A stretch of 64,000 bases of DNA. It comes from Octopus sinensis (lineage: Eukaryota). Location of the stretch: assembly GCF_006345805.1 (NCBI RefSeq), contig NC_043012.1, forward strand, positions 7,688,001 to 7,752,000, written 5' to 3'. Of the stretch, positions 1 to 12,500 are shown one piece after another; the first letter of the stretch is position 1; each line of letters begins with the position of its first letter. The position numbers and the translations under genes were made by a program. The notes under the pieces are model-generated. The model had not been told where the DNA came from, made no database searches, and saw only the letters and a program-made list of their open reading frames with translations.

Positions 1-184
1 TATCTTGTGACTTTGAGATTTTAATGGTGTGATTGTCCTTTTTTTCTTTTCTTTTTCTTTTTTTTTTTTTTCTCTGTAGAATCACATTGTAGAGGAGGTG
101 TGAGTTGTCAGACCTGATTGATTTGAACTATAAAACAGGTGGAATATTTGGGCGTGATATGACTAGTTTATATGCTAAAGGGTA
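1..184 (+). mobile_element. piggyBac-type MITE copy cut by the window edge
   Basis: Ends ...ATGCTAAAGGGTAA; collinear with the family. Confidence 0.6.
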
Positions 185-738
185 AAGATCCCTGTTGGTC
201 ATGAATGACCATGAGATTGCATCTAGAAAGTTCCCCTCCAAGGCACAAGTCCAGGCAAATTTGTTTATGAAAGACCGGCAGTCACCCATGCATACCAGCA
301 TCCCTAATTTAAAGAAATTCAGCTTGTTATATCTAACAGGTTGAATACCTACACAGTGGCTTTCCTTTGATACTGTTGTTGCATATTCTCATATCAATTG
401 AAATTAAACAAAATTATGATGAAACGTAGTCCACCAAGATCAGCCTTGCCTTTTATCCTTTCGGGGTCACTAAAATAAGAACCAGTTGAGCACCAGGGTC
501 AATGTAATTGACTGGATCCCTCCCCCAAAAGTTCACACCTTTTGCCTTATCCCCTCCCTTACCTCTTCCTCCTTTTATGTCTATATGATTCTTACCCTCT
601 CGCTGTCATTCCTTTACTCATTGCTTGCTACCAAGTCTAGTATGAAGGTGTGCGGAAAAGTTCCTAGCTTTTGAGTACAAGAAAATACAGGAGGATCAGT
701 TAATTATGATTTTATTCGACATATTTTTATTCAACATA

Positions 739-1147
739 GGCGCAGGAGTGGCTGTGTGGTAAGTAGCTTGCTAACCAACCACATGGTTCCGGGTTCAGTC
801 CCACTGTGTGGCATCTTGGGCAAGTGTCTTCTGCTATAGCCTCGGGCCGACCAATGCCTTGTGAGTGGATTTGGTAGACAGAAACAGAAAGAAGCCTATC
901 GTATATACGTATATCTATATAAGTGTGTGTGTATATGTTTGTGTGTCTGTGTTTGTCCCCCTAGCATTGCTTGACAACCGATGCTGGTGTGTTTATGTCC
1001 CCGTCACTTAGCGGTTCGGCAAAAGAGACCGATAGAATAAGTACTGGGCTTACAAAGAATAAGTCCTGGGGTCGATTTGCTCGACTAAAGGCGGTGCTCC
1101 AGCATGGCCGCAGTCAAATGACTGAAACAAGTAAGAGTAGAAGAGTA
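739..1147 (+). mobile_element. tRNA-derived SINE, family A, full length
   Basis: A-box TGGCTGTGTGG, B-box GGTTCAGTCC, CORE-like CTTGGGCAAGT, internal (TA/TG)n, GAAACAAGTAAGAG tail. Confidence 0.9.
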
Positions 1148-3517
1148 TATTCCCCTCTCAGATTCACACACTTGTTGCAGTGGTCCTTCAACGGTCTAAG
1201 ACTTGTAAAAGAACTTGGAAGGTTGTGCCACCAACCAGGCCTTTCGCAATACCCTTAAGGCCAGGAACTTTTCAGGACCCCTTCATATATGTGCACTCAT
1301 TCCATACCTCTTATGTCAACTCTCTTTGTATCTCTCTGTCTCTTTTCCCCCCTTCTCTCTATCATATAAAGCATGACTGGCAAAACCAACCAACCAACCA
1401 ACAGCTATATCAGCTGTTATTACATTAAAGATAACAATACTGTCATGTCTGCTTATGAAGCTTTAGCCATGGTTGTTACTACCGCAGCCACCACCACCAC
1501 TAAACCAACAGACTTATTTCTAGGCATTGCAATGTGTCTGTCTGTGCATCAGCCTCAAAGACTCTTTTAATGAAATATTTCCCAACCAGAGATCATTGCA
1601 TACACACCTCACCTCTCCCCAGGACCCACTTCATTCCGCAATTCAGCCTTATTTCTCTGAAGAAAAAATAATAATAAAAAAAAAAGGAAAAGAATAGAAA
1701 AATGCATAATAAATGATAAAAAAAAGACCATAACTATGTTAGTAGCCTCAATTGATTGAGCCTAGAGTCAAGTCTGTTCACATCATTTTCCGCTCTATTT
1801 CATTAAGATAAAGCTCCCTCCCCCCTTTTTTCACAGTTCAGCACCGCCAATACCATCCACCCACCTTCCTATTGTTTGGGTGAGAAAGTTACCATTGATA
1901 TTCTCTTGGCACTTCTCTGGTGTTTTAACATCACAGTTATTTACATAAACTTTGGGGCAGGTTTTCTTCTTTCCTTTTTTCGCCTTTTAAACATTACAAT
2001 ACTGTATTTAATTATCTCTTTGTCATTCTCTGTTTTTCTCTTTCTCCATCACTCCCTCTCTCTCTATTACCCCCTCTCTCTCTCAGTCACTCCTTTCTTT
2101 TCATCACCCCCTCTTTCAATCACTCCCTTCTCTCCATCCCCCCCCCCTCACTCTAGCTGCATTATTAGCTGGCTGTCTTCCCATTGCCTTGCCATCCAGA
2201 ACAATGTAGTCTGCTATCTGCTGCTTCACTTAAGCACAGGCAGAAGAAGGGTCAATGTCCACTCAATTTGGCTAGTGAAGATATGCAGCTAGCTAGTTCC
2301 AAAGAGCAGGCAATGTTGTTGTAGCAGTGTTAAAAGCAGAAAGGAGAGACCAAGCATCTGTGAGTAGTGATTGAAGTGAGTCAATGAGTGAATCATTGCT
2401 GATCAGCAACCAATTAGATGCCATGACATTTCCTACAAATCTTTTATTTATTTCAGTGATTAGACTGTGGCCATGCTGGGGTATCACTTTGAAGAATTTT
2501 TTAGTCAAATGAATCAGCCTTAATAGTTTTTTTTAAGCTTGGTACTTATTCTATTGGATTCTTTTGCCAAACCACTAAGTTACAGGGCGTAACATACCAA
2601 CATTGGTAGTCAAGCAGTAGTGGGGAGCAAGCGCACACACAGACAGACACACACACACATATATATACATACACAACATACTTCTTTCAGTTTCTGGTCA
2701 GCCCAAGGTTATACTAGAAGACGCCCAGGGTGCCACGCAATGGGACTGAACCTGGAACCATGTGGTTGGGAAGCAAACTTCTTACCACACTAATATTTTT
2801 TAAACATGTCAAGATATAACTTTAAAAAACCACAACTGGAACCCAGGACAAGTAGTGATATTCCGCATGGCTGAAAATTAACAAAATTCAAATTTGTGAG
2901 TTAGAATAATTTCATGTCGAATGAATAGATTGGTGTGTGTGAGCAGTTTAATTAGTGGCTCTACATCATTACTAGTCATTACTAACATTGCTTTTACGTT
3001 TACTTTCTATGTTTGCATGGGTTGGATGAGTTGTTGTATACGGAGTCGGTTACTCATCTCCTCAATGGGTTGAAGGACCACATCTCACTCATATGTACCA
3101 TTTATGATGTTGTTTCTACACCTTGATGCCCTTCCTAACACAAACCATTTTGCAGAATGTATTCAGTATGCATTGTCATTGCTCCAACTCCAGAGAGTTT
3201 CTCATATCCTCAGCCAGGTTAAAGAGTCGTCTTAACCCTACATTGTCTTCCACTTCACAGACACTCTGCAGCCTTTGGCCCACAGGTGTACTGTCTTCTC
3301 TCATCATCATTTTTGTATCCAGTCCCACCAGGTCCCCCACAAATCCCTACTATCAGTTTTTCTTTCCCAGAACATCAACCCTCTAGAATTTCCTCCTTGC
3401 TCACATTTTCCCTCCAGGTGTTGACATTACAAAATACATGGGCAGTGCCCTTCCCTTTAAAAGCTTGAAAGTAAAAGCTTAGTGAGGGCATTCAAAATGC
3501 AGCAGGGGGGGGACATG

Positions 3518-3557
<40 letters not shown>

Positions 3558-5493
3558 CACTTACAGCCATACACACCTATGCACTCGCAGCTGTACACAT
3601 TTTAAGGCACTGCTTGTAATATTTTTAATTTACCTTGACTCAGACACTTAGTCTGTCATACAAATTTTTCCAAAGCCATAAATTAGTTTGAAACCACAGG
3701 TGTGACATGTTTGAAATTAGAAACAGAAATTTAAAACAAAAGTTTGTAATGGCTAGACAGATCTGTAAAAGTGTCTTCTTGTGTTTCGACTTTGTCTGTC
3801 TTTGATAAATTGATTTTGTTTTCTCCATTGTTAAACAAGCGTCCGTCCACCCTCCTTGTCACCACCAGCACCACTGCCACCTCCTCCAGTTTACCAAAAC
3901 CCCTCCCACCTCTTCCCCAACTACATTACTGCTAATTTTGGCCGTGTGTCGATTCCTCCACATTTTCTTCCATTTATCAACATCTTAATTATGTGAAGGA
4001 TGGATAGGTGTGTGTGTGTGTGTGTGTGTGTGCGTGAGAGAGAGAAAGATAGAGAGAGAGAGCAAGAGAGAGATAGAAAGATAGAGAGAGAGATAGAGCA
4101 TGTGTATGTTTATAGTTTTTGGTCTGTGTGTAGTCATGAAGGTGTGTGTTTGGGGTATTGATGTTGGTCTGATTTCAGGTGTGTGAGTTAGTGAAAGAGA
4201 AACTGAGACTACATGGTTGTGAATCTGCTAGTGTGGTTGTAGGTTTTTTGGTTTTTTTTTCATGTGTGTGTGTGTATGTGTCCATGCATGGTTATAAGTG
4301 TATGGCTATGTGCACAGTTGTCTGTTCATGTCTGTACCCACCCTCTGCCCCAGTTTAAAAGCCCCTCGCTAAACTACTAAGTACATTGTCCCTTCCTCTT
4401 CTGGAACAAAATCACCCATGTACCCCACTGCTCCCCTCCATTCTCATTTATCCTGTATTAAATTGAGTACGTTCACCTATGTCCATTCCTCTACAATTCA
4501 GCCATTATTTTATAACCCCTCCCCCCCATCTTCCCTCCCTCCCTCCCTTTCCGAAGTACAGCCATCATTTTCTACTACTTCCCCCCCTCTTCCTCCCCTC
4601 GGTGCAGCCATCACATTTTACCCCCTCCCTCCATCTCTTCAATATAGCCATCTCATTCACCGCCACCCCTCCTTCCTTCCTTCCTTCCCTCCCTCCCCGA
4701 CAATAAAATCATTACATGGCCATCTTCTCTGAGGGTAAATTGACAGAAAATCAACTTGAAGACAAGACAAGCAAATAATACCTTTTCATATTTTCCTCTG
4801 TACGTCACTGCTACTACTATGACTACTCCATTTTTACATCAATCTTATACATAGTACCTGTATCACTCTTCACCCCCCCCCCCCGACATTCCTCTCTCTC
4901 TCCCCACCCCTTCCTACCTGCCTGTTTACTACCTGTTTGCAACTCTCTAGCCCTCTCTCCTTTTAACCCTTAACGCCCAACCCTCATCACTTAACAGCCT
5001 TCAGATTAATCTCTTGATATTTTACAGTTTTTATGACTCAATTCCTTCCCCTCCACCAACCACCACCACCCACCACCACCATCACCTGCCTGTCCAGTGG
5101 TGGCTGGAATAAGTAGATGGTTTCAGTGATGTCTTTGAGTCAGACCAGTGAGTGGATCGAAACCATTTTTTTACCCACAGACCCCTTTAAATTTTCATTT
5201 TACTGTACTTTGATGTTTAAAAATAAAAATCCCATTATCATCATCATTTAACATCTGTTGTCCATGCTGGCATGGGTTGGGCAGTTTGACCAGAGCTGGT
5301 AAGCTGGGGAGCTGCACCAGGCTCCATTGTTTGTCTTGGTATGGTTTCTATGGCTGGATGCCCTTCCTAATGCCAACCACTTTGCAGAGTGTGCTGGGAG
5401 CTTTTACGGGGATGTAAAGATACCAGCATCGGTTGTCAAGTGATGTGGGGGGGGGGGACAAACACAGACACATAAATACACACACACACACAT

Positions 5494-5541
<48 letters not shown>

Positions 5542-6180
5542 ATAATACACACACACACATACATGCATACATACCTATATGCAACGGACTTCTTTCAGTT
5601 TCCATCTACCAAATCCATTCACAAGGCTTTGATTGGCCCGAGACTATACTAGAAGACACTTGCCCAAGGTGCCACGCAGTGGGACTGAACCCAGAACCAT
5701 GTGGTTCGTAAGCAAGCTACTTACCACACAGCCACTCCTGCGCCTGATGACTCATCCAAGCCATGCCAGCAAGAAAAGCAGACTTATAAAGAAATGGTGA
5801 CGAAGAGCAATTCGAAAAGTGAGCAGCTGGTGGAAATTGAACTCACACATCTTGTGTTGGTGCTGTGATGCGTTATCGACAGTGCTGCAATTACTCAGAA
5901 GAATTCTTTAAGTGCCATTACATGTCCTACTTTCCATTCCTCCTTAGATTTTTTTAATCTTTAATAAGCTGTATTTGTTTACAATCGGTCAAGTGACACC
6001 GTGTGCTTAATAGCTTTACTGTTCTTGAAGTCTTCAAAGACTTTCTCTTACGTTCTTCCTGGTTATTTCTATAATCCACTTTCTGCTTGGAAGGCATTTT
6101 TCTATGCAATGACATCATACATACACACATACATGCATGTGTGTGTATACATGCAGTTTTATGTTTTGTGTGTCTATGTT

Positions 6181-6218
<38 letters not shown>

Positions 6219-6288
6219 ATAATATGTCATATATGTATGTGAACATATGTATATTCATGTATGTCATATGTATGTGTGTGTGTGTATG

Positions 6289-6347
<59 letters not shown>

Positions 6348-6660
6348 TTAATATAGACACACGCAGAGAGGGAGAGTAAGTTAATCCAGTTGCTCTGTAT
6401 TGTAGTGTATTATAAAGCTAATCTTAATGTCAAATCTGTCTCGTGAAGTGATGAGCCAAAAAGGGAGCCTCTGTCTTGTTACTTGATCTGCTACAAATAC
6501 CAACAAAATCTTCCTCCAATTATATCTTGCTTTTTGAAAAAAAAAATATATAAAAGATGGACATGTTGGTTTTAAATTAAGTTCTTTATATCTCTGTGTA
6601 TGTTTTATAACACTGCCATGCAAAATCCATCTAACCCAAGCCAGCAAAGAAAACCCAGAC

Positions 6661-6882
6661 TTAACCCTTTAACATTCAGGTTATTCTGTTAAACGTAAGG
6701 CTTATTTATCCACGTTACTTTGAATTATACATGTATTATCTTATAGTTTCAAGATTTCGATGATGGGATTGTTTATTTTTACAATGACATTGTAGGGTAA
6801 GTGAGAAACCTTGAGTCTGGCCAGTTTGAATATAAAGCAGATAGAATATCTTGACTGGATATGGCAGGTTTAAATGCTAAAG
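6661..6882 (+). mobile_element. piggyBac-type MITE copy
   Basis: TTAACCCTTT start, collinear with 56584-56812, right end degenerate. Confidence 0.7.
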
Positions 6883-7674
6883 AAGGGGACTACATATGCC
6901 AATGTTTGCTTCATTTTTTTTGTACAGTTGTGTATAATTTTGAGGAAGCTATAGGCTGCTATTTCTGGCCAGTTGAGTGACCACATAGAGACCTCCTTCG
7001 TTGGCTACTCTCACTGCTTATTGTCAGATGTGGTAAAATTGTGTTTAACATAGCTAACAGGGGTGCAGCTGTTCAGAGTGTTACTTAGTCTTTGAATGTA
7101 ACAACAAACCAGCCAGTATCTAATTATTGAAAGTGCAGCACATATCGCTTATTGAATTAATTAAATCCAAAATTAGCTTGTTTTTCTTTTAATTGTTCCT
7201 TCTTCCTTATCTTTGTTCTCCAAATTCTCTATTAAAATTGCATTGCACAATAATTGCAATCAGCTGAGAGAAGCGGAAGGTATTCTGATGAGTTTTAAAC
7301 ACAATTTACACCTGATTTGCCAGTTGTTTTGCTTTCAAATGTTTTAGTCAGAAAGTGAGACAGTTTTCTTTACATTTTTATGGGGCCTCCAAGATTGGTG
7401 GGAAGAAGGGACAGAAGAAAGGGTTGGCCTTTAAACTAGAGACCTGGTCTGAATCCTTGCTGCAGCAGGGTCTCTGTTAAAGGCATTCAGGAAACTCCCA
7501 AATAGACCATGGGGGAATTTTAACACATAGCATAACAGGCTGGAACAAATACTGCAAGTATTTGGTTTGACATTCTTATAGTTTCACCAATCTACCGTCC
7601 TGGATTAATAATATAGCAGAATTGGTAATGCTCCCCTCCCAGCTGAAGGGGTTTTTGCCTTACAAGAGACACCA

Positions 7675-7935
7675 TGCCAGTGCCACATAAAAGGAACTCG
7701 TACTGGTGTCATGTGAAAGGCACCCATACTGGTGTCATGTGAAAGGCACCTGTACTGGTGTCACATGAAAGGTACCCATGCTGCTATCACATGAAAGGCA
7801 CCCATGCTGGTGTGATGTGAAAGGCACCCTTGCTGGTGTCGCATGAAAGGCACCCGTGCTGGTGCCACATGAAAGGTACCCGTGCTGGTGTCGCATGAAA
7901 GGCACCCATGTTGGTGCCACATCATGGGCACCCAA
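7675..7935 (+). repeat. 26-bp minisatellite, ~10 units
   Basis: GAAAGG at 7715, 7741, 7767, 7793, 7819, 7845, 7871 and 7897; unit GAAAGGCACCCATGCTGGTGTCACAT. Confidence 0.95.
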
Positions 7936-9981
7936 CTCACTCTGTAAAGTGGTTTGGATTAGGAAGAGCATTTGTCCACAGAAACCAAACCAAATCAGAT
8001 CAGAACCTGATTCGGCTCTCCAGCTTGTCACCTCTGGTCAAACCACACAACCCATAACAGCATGGTAAACTGACATTAAATGATAATGATGATCCTTAAA
8101 GGGATGAAAGGCAAAGTTGACCTCAGCGAGATTTGAATTAAAAATTCAGAGTCATAATAAATACTGCACGCCTACTCATGCCTCCATTTTAATTGAAGAA
8201 GACAGCCATTTTACAATATACAAAGGAAATATAAAGGTGTTATTATTTAAAAATTCTGTAAAAATAGATTCTGATCTCATTAATCAAAGATAATGGATTA
8301 TCCCAGTTGTGTTTATATAGGTTAAAATATGTAATAACGCTTCAATGGAAGATTTTCTCTTCCACCCCACCATAAACCTTCATACCATTTTTGTTTGCGG
8401 ACAAAGCACCAACCTGTTTCTGCTATACCTCCGTCAATCCATCCAACCCCATCCCCAGAAATATATATATATATATATATTCTCATTAAATCATGAACCA
8501 CTATTTTTAAAGCGAAAATATTTGATTCCGGTTTCAGGAGTTGGTTCATTGCTGGGTGGGAGGGAGGGAGTTGCTTAATATCATAGAATGTTTCTGGGGT
8601 GGTCTACTGGGTTTACTACATCACCACTCTCATTCCTCTGCACCCCCATAGACCATCCAGCTTGTATCTAAGTCAGTCTCCTATCTCATTGCACCCAGCC
8701 TCTTCTCTCTTTTTCCCTCCCCTTATATGCATTTGTGTTTGTGTGAGAAGCAGAAATTTAGAGTGAAAGAAGTCTCAGGCAAACAAACATACACGCATCC
8801 TGTATTTATCTGTCCCCTCTCCTCTCCTACATCCCTCCACCTGCCATACACTGAACTATTTACACAAGATCTGTTTCTCTAGCAGACATTCCTTAAAATC
8901 TAACCTCCACCCACACACACACACACACACACACACTGTCACACTTTCATACTGTTGCAATATAGGTTCAGTCTTCCGCTGAGTTATCTATAGAATTCTT
9001 CAGATAATCTTTAGTGACCTCTACCATTCCTCCAGCGCTTGATTCAAGACCAGTGAGGGGTGTGTATGTATGTATGTGCATATTTTAAAAGTAAAATACT
9101 TGGGGTATGTTTTGAAAGTACTTTTTATACCAGTGAAATAAATTATGAAATCAGTACAGTGCAAATTTATCTTGCAGCTTAATTCATTCAGTTTCCCTAA
9201 GAAGTTGTTTGTGTTGCTGCTTTGCACAAAATGCTGGTGCCATGTAAAATGTGCTGGTGCTACTTCAAATGCATCCAGTACACTCTGTAAAGTAGTTAGT
9301 TTTTACAATATCATCTGGCCATAGAAACCATGCCAAAACCTGCTCTCCAACTTGTCAGCATGGAAAATGGACATGAAATGATGATGATGATGATAATGAT
9401 GAAAACACCCTGTTCTTAGCTTTTAAAATTATTGCAGGACTTCACATATTCTTTAGACTTCACTCTATCCATTGTTAAACTCTTGCAGGAACATTCTCTA
9501 CAAAGATTTCTTGGTACTGGTTGCCTATATCTCTTCCTGGCATTGAGTGACAACCTTATTGAAGTTCCCTCTACCTTCTTATCAAAGCAGCAGTAATGTT
9601 TCTTTTTCATTTTCACTTCTTTTGGTTTCTTTTTGAATGAATTCTTCATCATCACTTTTCCATGCTTTCATGGGTCAGTTGGAATTTGTTACGGCTGCTT
9701 TACTATGGCCATTATGCTCTTTCTGGACCAACCCTCACTTGTTTACAAGCGAAGTAATATTTTCCCATAGATTGACTGGAAATGAACAAACTAGCTTGTA
9801 TGACAATCATGCTCATTTTGTCTAGACAAAAGTATACACACACACACATATATATTTATTTATAAATTGAGGATATGATCATTAAAATGATTAAATCGCT
9901 GGCTAGCATATAAAAGAACCACCATATTGGTAAAATTAATTTTTCAGTATATAATTATAAATATATAATTATAATTTGGGG

Positions 9982-10133
9982 GCTGGAATGCCAATTTCTA
10001 TATGCTAGAAGTAGATGTCAAATGTCTACAATCCACTCTGAATTTGTTCTCTGTTTACAAATAGAGAACAAATTTAGAGTGGATTGTAGGCATTTGACAT
10101 CTATGTCTAGCGTATAGACGTTGGCATTCTAGC
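9982..10133. repeat. Fold-back palindrome, 75-bp arms, 2-nt loop (probably a MITE)
   Basis: 66 Watson-Crick pairs, 7 G.U pairs and 2 mismatches when folded on the + strand. Confidence 0.9.
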
Positions 10134-10519
10134 GCCCTTGATTATATACTTCAAAATACACACACACACACACACACATATATGCATACATATATATATA
10201 ATCAGAAATGGAAAAACAAAATAAACTGAACAATGATAAATTCAATTCACTTTAAATAACAAATGACACATATATAATTCAAATTTACAAAAGACAAAGA
10301 CAGGTGTAGGAACGACAAGCAGGTGTATCAGTTAACCACTTGGGAAGAATGAAATGAAATGGAGAGAGAAAAAGTGTGTCAGGATTAACAGTTCAACATG
10401 ACGAAATAACCAGAATACACACACACATATATTCACTTACATACACACACACAAAAATACTTCTGAAACAGATGTAGTGAACCTCAGCCCATTTGTGTAA
10501 TTATTTATACTATACCACA

Positions 10520-10987
10520 CTTGAAACCTTTGCTACCTTAGACCTTGAGTGCCTACAGTGAACTGTAGACTGCATGCCAGAGTATACTCTTGTGTTATTT
10601 GAGCATATGTTGGTGAGGAGACCTATTGAGTCAAGTACATCAACATCAAAATAAATATCAAATGGAAATTGTAGTTGTGATACCTGTGCCGGTGGCACAT
10701 AAAAAGCACCATCCGAACGTGGCCAATGCCAGCGCCGCCTTGACTGGCTTCTGTGCCGGTGGCACATAAAAAGCACCTACTGATCATGGCTGCTTCCAGC
10801 ATCCCCTGGAACGTAAAAAGCACCCACTACACTCACGGAGTGGTTGGCGTTAGGAAGGGCATCCAGCTGTAGAAACACTGCCAGATCAGACTGGAGCTTG
10901 GTGCAGCCTCCTGGCTTCCCAGACCCCGATCTAACTGTCCAACCCATGCTAGCATGGAAAACAGATGTTGATGCTGATGATGATGAC
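10520..10987 (+). mobile_element. RTE LINE 3' UTR/tail copy
   Basis: Matches the 3' UTR of the 18920-19819 LINE (GTGGTTGGCGTTAGGAAGGGCATCC...CCAACCCATGCTAGCATGG, (ATG)n). Confidence 0.85.
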
Positions 10988-10990
10988 ATA

Positions 10991-11320
10991 CAGGCATGTG
11001 GCTTAGTGGTAAATGTATTCGGCTCACTATCATTAGCTTGTCAGTTAGATACCTGCTAATGCACCGTATCCTTGAGCAAGATGCTTTATTTTATATTGCT
11101 CCAGGCCACTCAGCTGGCAAAAATGAGTTATACCTGTAGTTCATAGGGCCAGCTTTTCCACATTCTGTGTAACACTCAGTCTCTCTCTCTCGCTGAGAGC
11201 TATGTTAAGGGTACACATGTCTGTAGAGTGCTCGGCCACATGCACGTTAATTTCACAAGCAGGCTATTCCGTTGATTGGATCAAGTGGAACACCTCATCA
11301 TCATACGCGGCAGTGTGCCA
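10991..11320 (+). mobile_element. tRNA-derived SINE, family D
   Basis: GTGGCTTAGTGGT A-box and TCCTTGAGCAAGA central domain. Further copies at 16105-16416 (-), 31361-31685 (+), 45421-45693 (-) and 52215-52740 (+, split by a family-B copy). Confidence 0.85.
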
Positions 11321-12059
11321 ATTTATAGATTTAGTTTATGCATACACACACACACACAATGGGCTTCTTTCAGTTTCCATCTACCAAATCCACTCAAAAG
11401 GCTTTGGTTTGTCTTGGGCTATAGCAGAAGATATTTTTCCCAAAGTGCTATACGGTGAGACTGAGCCCAAGATCATATGATTATGTAGCGAGCTTCTTAA
11501 ACACATCTGTGCATTATGGAGTCAAAATATTCAGAATATATTTCGGGGTGAACTGGTTATACAAGTTCAATAAAATTAGAAAGCCCTTCACTAAGGATAG
11601 TAGGGCATTCTGGCATTAAGAAGGAGCATCAAGCTGTAGAAACTGTATCAAAGCAGACATTGTGATTGATGCAGCCATCTGGCTGGTTGGATCCTGTGTA
11701 AACTGTCCAACCCATGCCAGCATGGAAGACAGATGTTAAATGATAAAGGTGATGAGTTCAGCAAATCTCTTGCTCAACACCTGAAAAGGGAATTGTATGT
11801 AACTAGTTTCATATTCATAAGGAGGCCTATTAGAGATCTCTGTTCGCAATAAAATTCCCCTAATGAAGATGGTACAATGATAGATGTTGACTTTAATGAG
11901 AGGGGTAAGTGTGCGAGAATATCTGATGCCTTGTAATAATGTTTCAAACTATGAATAGGGCATTTTATCTCAAATTATTGGTTATGTAAACAATTTGTCA
12001 TGGACAATAAATGAAATAAATTGTAACACAGATTTATAGTAATGGCCTTCTTCATTGAT

Positions 12060-12405
12060 TTAATGTGTGTATGCATGTGTGTATTATATATGTGCTATAT
12101 GTGTGTACATATGTGTGTATGTGTGTGTTTGTATATGTGTGTGTGTATGTATATATGCATGTATGTGTATGTGTGTATGTATGTATGTGTTTGTATATGT
12201 GTCTGTATATGTGTATGTATGTATGTGTGTATGTATATGTATGTATGTGTGTATTTATATGTGAATGTATATATGTGTGTGTATGTGTGTATATATGTAT
12301 GTGTGTATATATGTATGTATATATATATATGTATGTATATATATATGTATGTATATATATATGTATGTATATATATATATATATGTATGTATATATATAT
12401 GTATG

Positions 12406-12439
<34 letters not shown>

Positions 12440-12500
12440 ATATATATATAATATATATACATACATATATGTGTATATGTATATGTTCATATGTGTGTGC
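12060..12500. repeat. Compound (TA)/(TG)/(TATG) microsatellite
   Basis: Direct inspection; source of the overlapping MCVYI/HTHI ORFs. Confidence 0.95.

Noticed and set aside
739-815. tRNA-like A/B boxes (many copies)
   Set aside because: SINE heads; no complete cloverleaf, and each continues into the SINE body.
971-1258. Recurring ORF MTTDAGVF... (also 41191-41385) and MDALPNANHS.../DTCPRCHAVGLN... ORFs
   Set aside because: Translations of SINE bodies and RTE 3' UTR copies.
2155-2480. Possible + strand exon (CCATCCAG acceptor, GTGAGT donor)
   Set aside because: All frames contain stops between the sites; nothing recognisable.
5797-5825. GTGACGAAGAGCAATTCGAAAAG hammerhead-like motif
   Set aside because: C3 is absent, and stems I and III do not form.
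7675-7935. Regular short repeats suggestive of a CRISPR array
   Set aside because: Contiguous units without unique spacers in eukaryotic DNA; no cas genes.
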